Source of the DNA: Anthoceros angustus
Lineage: Eukaryota > Plantae > Anthocerotophyta
NCBI GenBank assembly: GCA_010909165.1
Contig: VJWM01000019.1
Coordinates: 1,488,001-1,552,000 of the forward strand
Direction of reading: 5' to 3'
DNA: 64,000 nt
This document shows positions 60,500 to 64,000 of the stretch, one piece after another; position 1 is the first letter of the stretch, and each line of letters starts with the position of its first letter. Made by a program: the position numbers and the translations under genes. The notes under the pieces are model-generated. The model made no database searches and was not told where the DNA came from. It saw nothing but the letters and a program-made list of their open reading frames with translations.

Positions 60500-62620
60500 C
60501 CAAGGTGTCAAGAACAAGTGATCGACGCTACCGGTGATCGGGCGGGCGGTGCGACGCACCCGCTATCGGCGGGCGTGCGCATGTGCAAACGATGCCGGAT
60601 TATGCAACCGAGATGGAGGAGGACGAGGTTCCGGCTGCCGAGCCGAGCTCCCGGAAGAGGAGGAGCGCCTCGTGGTCCGGCGGAGGCGAGCTCGACGAGG
60701 CTGCCCATGGCTCGCAACATGTCCAGCTGTGGGTCTTGATGAGGCTTTTGAGGAGGAGGTGACCTCCTCGTCCGAAGAGGACGGCCGGGCAGGCGCACAG
60801 AAGAAGAAGAAGGAATCCACAACTGCTGTGTCTCCAGAAGATGAGAAGGCGAATGGCTGGTAAGAATGCTCCTAATGCCCCGCCTCCGCAATTCGAACCC
60901 ATGTAAGAATTGAAGCATCTTGTTTTGATTTCCATGCAGAGCACACCAATCAAAGAGGAAGGCAAGATCTCGTGGTGATGGAGAAGAGGTGGTAGAGGCG
61001 GAAAAATTAAGGAAGTCGAGGAAGCATGCGAAGAGGAAGCTGCTGCGACGACGATGCCGACTGGAGCTCTCGCAGGAGGATGACTATCTCGGAGATGGTT
61101 CGCACTCGGGCCTACAAGAAGCGGGTGCAAACCACAACATTCGACATTCACATATTTCGGCCCGCTTCATTTCTAACGATGCTCGATAAGGAAGGTGGAT
61201 GAGGCATGGATGAAGTGCCTTGTTCGATGATGCGCAGTGTCCTGTGAAGGAAGGACCCACTTTTGTGCATGATTGATCCAAAGACGGTGCTTGAAAAAGA
61301 AGATGCACCGAGGAGATCGAGCAAAGATTACACCCTAGGGGTGCCGGGAGGGAACCATTGCTATGCCGCCATGCATAATCGTCAAATGTATGGAAGATAA
61401 ATTTCAATGGCTCGAGGCCATGTATATGCTTGACAGAGGAAGAAATGAGGGTGCTGGCAGTGGATCACAATGTGTATGCAGACAAGAGGAAGAAGCTTGG
61501 TTTTATTGAACAAGTCCGCTACATACATGATGAGCTTGAGATTTGGCACCGGACACACCCCGATGGAAAACCTACTGTGCAGTGGAAGTTCAATGTGTAC
61601 AAGTTGCTGGGGATGCTGGAGGAGGCTGGAAACTCCAAGGACACGGATTATGTACAGAAGATGGTGGACAGGAAGACTCTGCCGTTGAGGATTGCGAGGT
61701 GCAGGGGTAAATTGTGGGAAAACGTGGACACGATTTTCCAAATGTGGGAGAAGTGCGAACTCCCAGGTGTGTGAACAGAATGTGACGACGGGGGCGAAAG
61801 CAAAACGGAAGCCACAAGACCCAACTACAACAGTGCCCCTTAATCGACCTCGTCCGGCTCCAATGCTCTAAGGGCATGGAGAGCATTCCAAGGAGTCCCA
61901 AGGACGAGAAGGTGAGGAGATGTTGATAGCAAAGGACCCGAAGGTCATCCAAGGAAACCGCAGCTAAAAGATATGGATACGATGTTGGCAACAGGAAGAA
62001 GATTAACCTTATCGAGCATGCCTTCGAAGGCTATGAAGTGTGCCACCTCAAGTCGCCAAACATTTCCTAAACATACCGAGGCCAAGGGCGAAGTTTCAAA
62101 CAATTTTGCGAAGTGGTAAGTGAGTGTATTCATAGAGTGCGCCGGGTCACCAAGATTGCAGGCGCCACTGACCGGCGACCCCCTTGTTTGTTTTAGGCAT
62201 GAGGAGGCCCGACCGCGACTCCCTCCCGCGCCATCCAACATCATGGTGGAGTGCACCACACGGCGCCGACTCCACTCATCAATGTTCACCTCCACTGCTG
62301 CTTGCGTAAACCGGGAGACATTGAGGATTTGGAAAGCCCGCCAAAACCTTTCCAAGATTTTGTTTATAGCGCAATCGAAACGGATGGAAGAAGAGCGAAA
62401 ACAAATGGCCGAAGGACATGGATGCTGGCGAGTTCAGAGTGCCCGGTCTTGGACAAAGTGGCATATCAGGTGGTGCATCGAGACATTTTGGATATGAAAG
62501 GATTTTTGCCACCGAGAAGGTACACTCTTCTTTTCTGCGACCTCCCTCGAGGTTTACAGCGGCATGAGAATGACAAGGCTTTCGTTGAAGAAGAATTGAA
62601 AGAGCTCATCAGCTCTTTCC
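60500..62620 (+). pseudogene. Frameshifted gene: acidic/basic N-terminus + ParB-like (GGNH) domain + amino-methyltransferase motif-IV-like segment, truncated
   Basis: RKVDEAWMKCLV..DPLLCMIDP..YTLGVPGGNHCYAA (GGNH at 61347-61358)..LTEEEMRVLAVDHN..KLGFIEQVRYIH (ORF 61430-61774); later YTLLFCDLPRGLQ..NDKAFVEEELKELISSF (62521-62620). Confidence 0.6.
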
Positions 62621-62653
62621 CTACTAGAAAAGGGCACCCTATGTTACAGTGGA

Positions 62654-63050
62654 TGTTGCAATTTTTTGTTAAACTTCCACATTGCAACATGTTTTGGAGG
62701 GTTGGTATTAAGTTTGTTAGTTCCCTGCTTGGTGCATCTTAACACGAACTGCACTCTCTTCCCACCTCCCCTTCCGGGTACACCTCTCTCACAAGCATTG
62801 TTAATAATTTCCCACCGCCTTGTTATACTGTGTTGCAATTTTATGTAACACTTCCAACTTGCAACATGTTTTGATGGCTTGGTGTTAAGTTGGTCCATTT
62901 TTCTCTTCCTTCTCCCACCATCCTAACACAATGCTTGGTCTCTCACTTCATGTACCACTTCAAAATTGCAACACTTTATGGTGGCTTGGTGTTCAGTGTC
63001 CTTTTCTTATCCACCTTCTCACCCCATCTTAACACAATGCTTGGTCTCTC
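62654..63050. repeat. Three diverged copies of a ~60-bp motif (TTGCAACATGTTTTG..GGTTGGT.TTAAG) with CTTAACAC motifs
   Basis: Copies at about 62654-62714, 62831-62891 and 62955-62996. Confidence 0.65.
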
Positions 63051-63879
63051 TCCTCTCACCTCACCCTCCTATTTATTGCCCCTTATCACACCCTTTTATA
63101 CTCTTTCACTTCTCCTCCTCCTTCATGGTGTGAGAAGGACCTCCCCTATCACAACCATTTTATACTCTTCCTCTTCCTCTTTCAACATGCTTGTTACAAT
63201 GACCTCTCTCTCCCTGTCCTTCCCCCTTTTACCTCCTTTGCATATACTCGTATACATATATATGTTTATAGGCTTCAAGACATAAGTATGTGTAAGTATA
63301 TATATGTACACATCCATCTTATACTTCTATTATATTAGTGTATTATATGCCTCTTTGTATACGTATATGTGTATATAGGCATCAAGACTTGTTTATATAG
63401 TAATATATATGTGCTAACCCTTACGTCACTCTCATACCTTGCATATATAAGTGTTTGATTTTATTGACAAATTAATTGGAATTTTTGGAAGTTCAAGCGT
63501 CCTCTATCCCTTGACATCGGTGGCTTTGTTGCCCGATGCAATTAACTTTATCTACAAACATACGTCTTCCAAGTGATATGGCCATATGTCGTCTTGCGGC
63601 TCACTTGGTGACTCTTGAGACCAACACCATTGTTTTCGTGGTTCCTCCACAACTTCCTAGACCTATCCGGTGGCCTCAATCACCACTTTCACGGCGAAGG
63701 ACCCCTGTAAATGCTAGGCTATAAAGGTGGGAATACCAATTCCATCTTTGATTGACCATCACCGGTCCACGTCTGGCGACTCCTCGCAAGAAAATGGCTC
63801 GAACATTCACATTCCCCTCCACAAAGCCCACGCCACGGTTGTTTTCAGTTGCATTGCATGCGCTCCGCATTCTCTCATC

Positions 63880-63974
63880 CATCCGGGTTCCCCACCATCT
63901 CTCCAGTGCTCCGCTCCCACATCCGGGTTTCCCACCATCTCTCCAGGCTCTCCACATCCAGTTCCCCACCATCT
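63880..63974. repeat. Three tandem 35-40 bp units (CATCCGGGTTCCCCACCATCT core)
   Basis: Cores start at 63880, 63920 and 63955. Confidence 0.85.
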
Positions 63975-64000
63975 ACGTTGCCTCCGGATCACTTGTGGTG

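Overview
Nuclear DNA of a compact-genome, non-seed land plant (short GT-AG introns, GC-rich coding sequence, very short intergenic spacers; hornwort-like is an inference). The left ~36 kb is gene-dense: 5' end of a probable BIG/UBR4-like gene, a DnaJ-4Fe-4S ferredoxin gene (DJC76/CDJ3-5 type) with an 83-codon upstream ORF, WDR3/UTP12 head-to-head with an intronless BCCIP/BCP1, TOP2, an M28 ER metallopeptidase, tRNA-Val(TAC), an 89-aa membrane protein and a plastid MSL2/3-type mechanosensitive channel. From ~36.5 kb onward it is degenerate mobile DNA: a CRE-type RT + restriction-like-endonuclease LINE, a retrotransposon accessory ORF with a 63-bp heptad minisatellite, hAT-like MITEs (18-bp TIR, 8-bp TSD), a GC-rich block with tandem APE-like remnants, and a Sola-like (DUF7869-type) DDD transposase. 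Best candidate for a new system: that transposase lies head-to-head with a broken gene combining a ParB-like (GGNH) domain and an amino-methyltransferase motif-IV-like segment. The right half is full of small indels and 9-10 bp microhomology junctions, so parts may be misassembled. All protein-family calls are by-eye motif matches; no searches were run.
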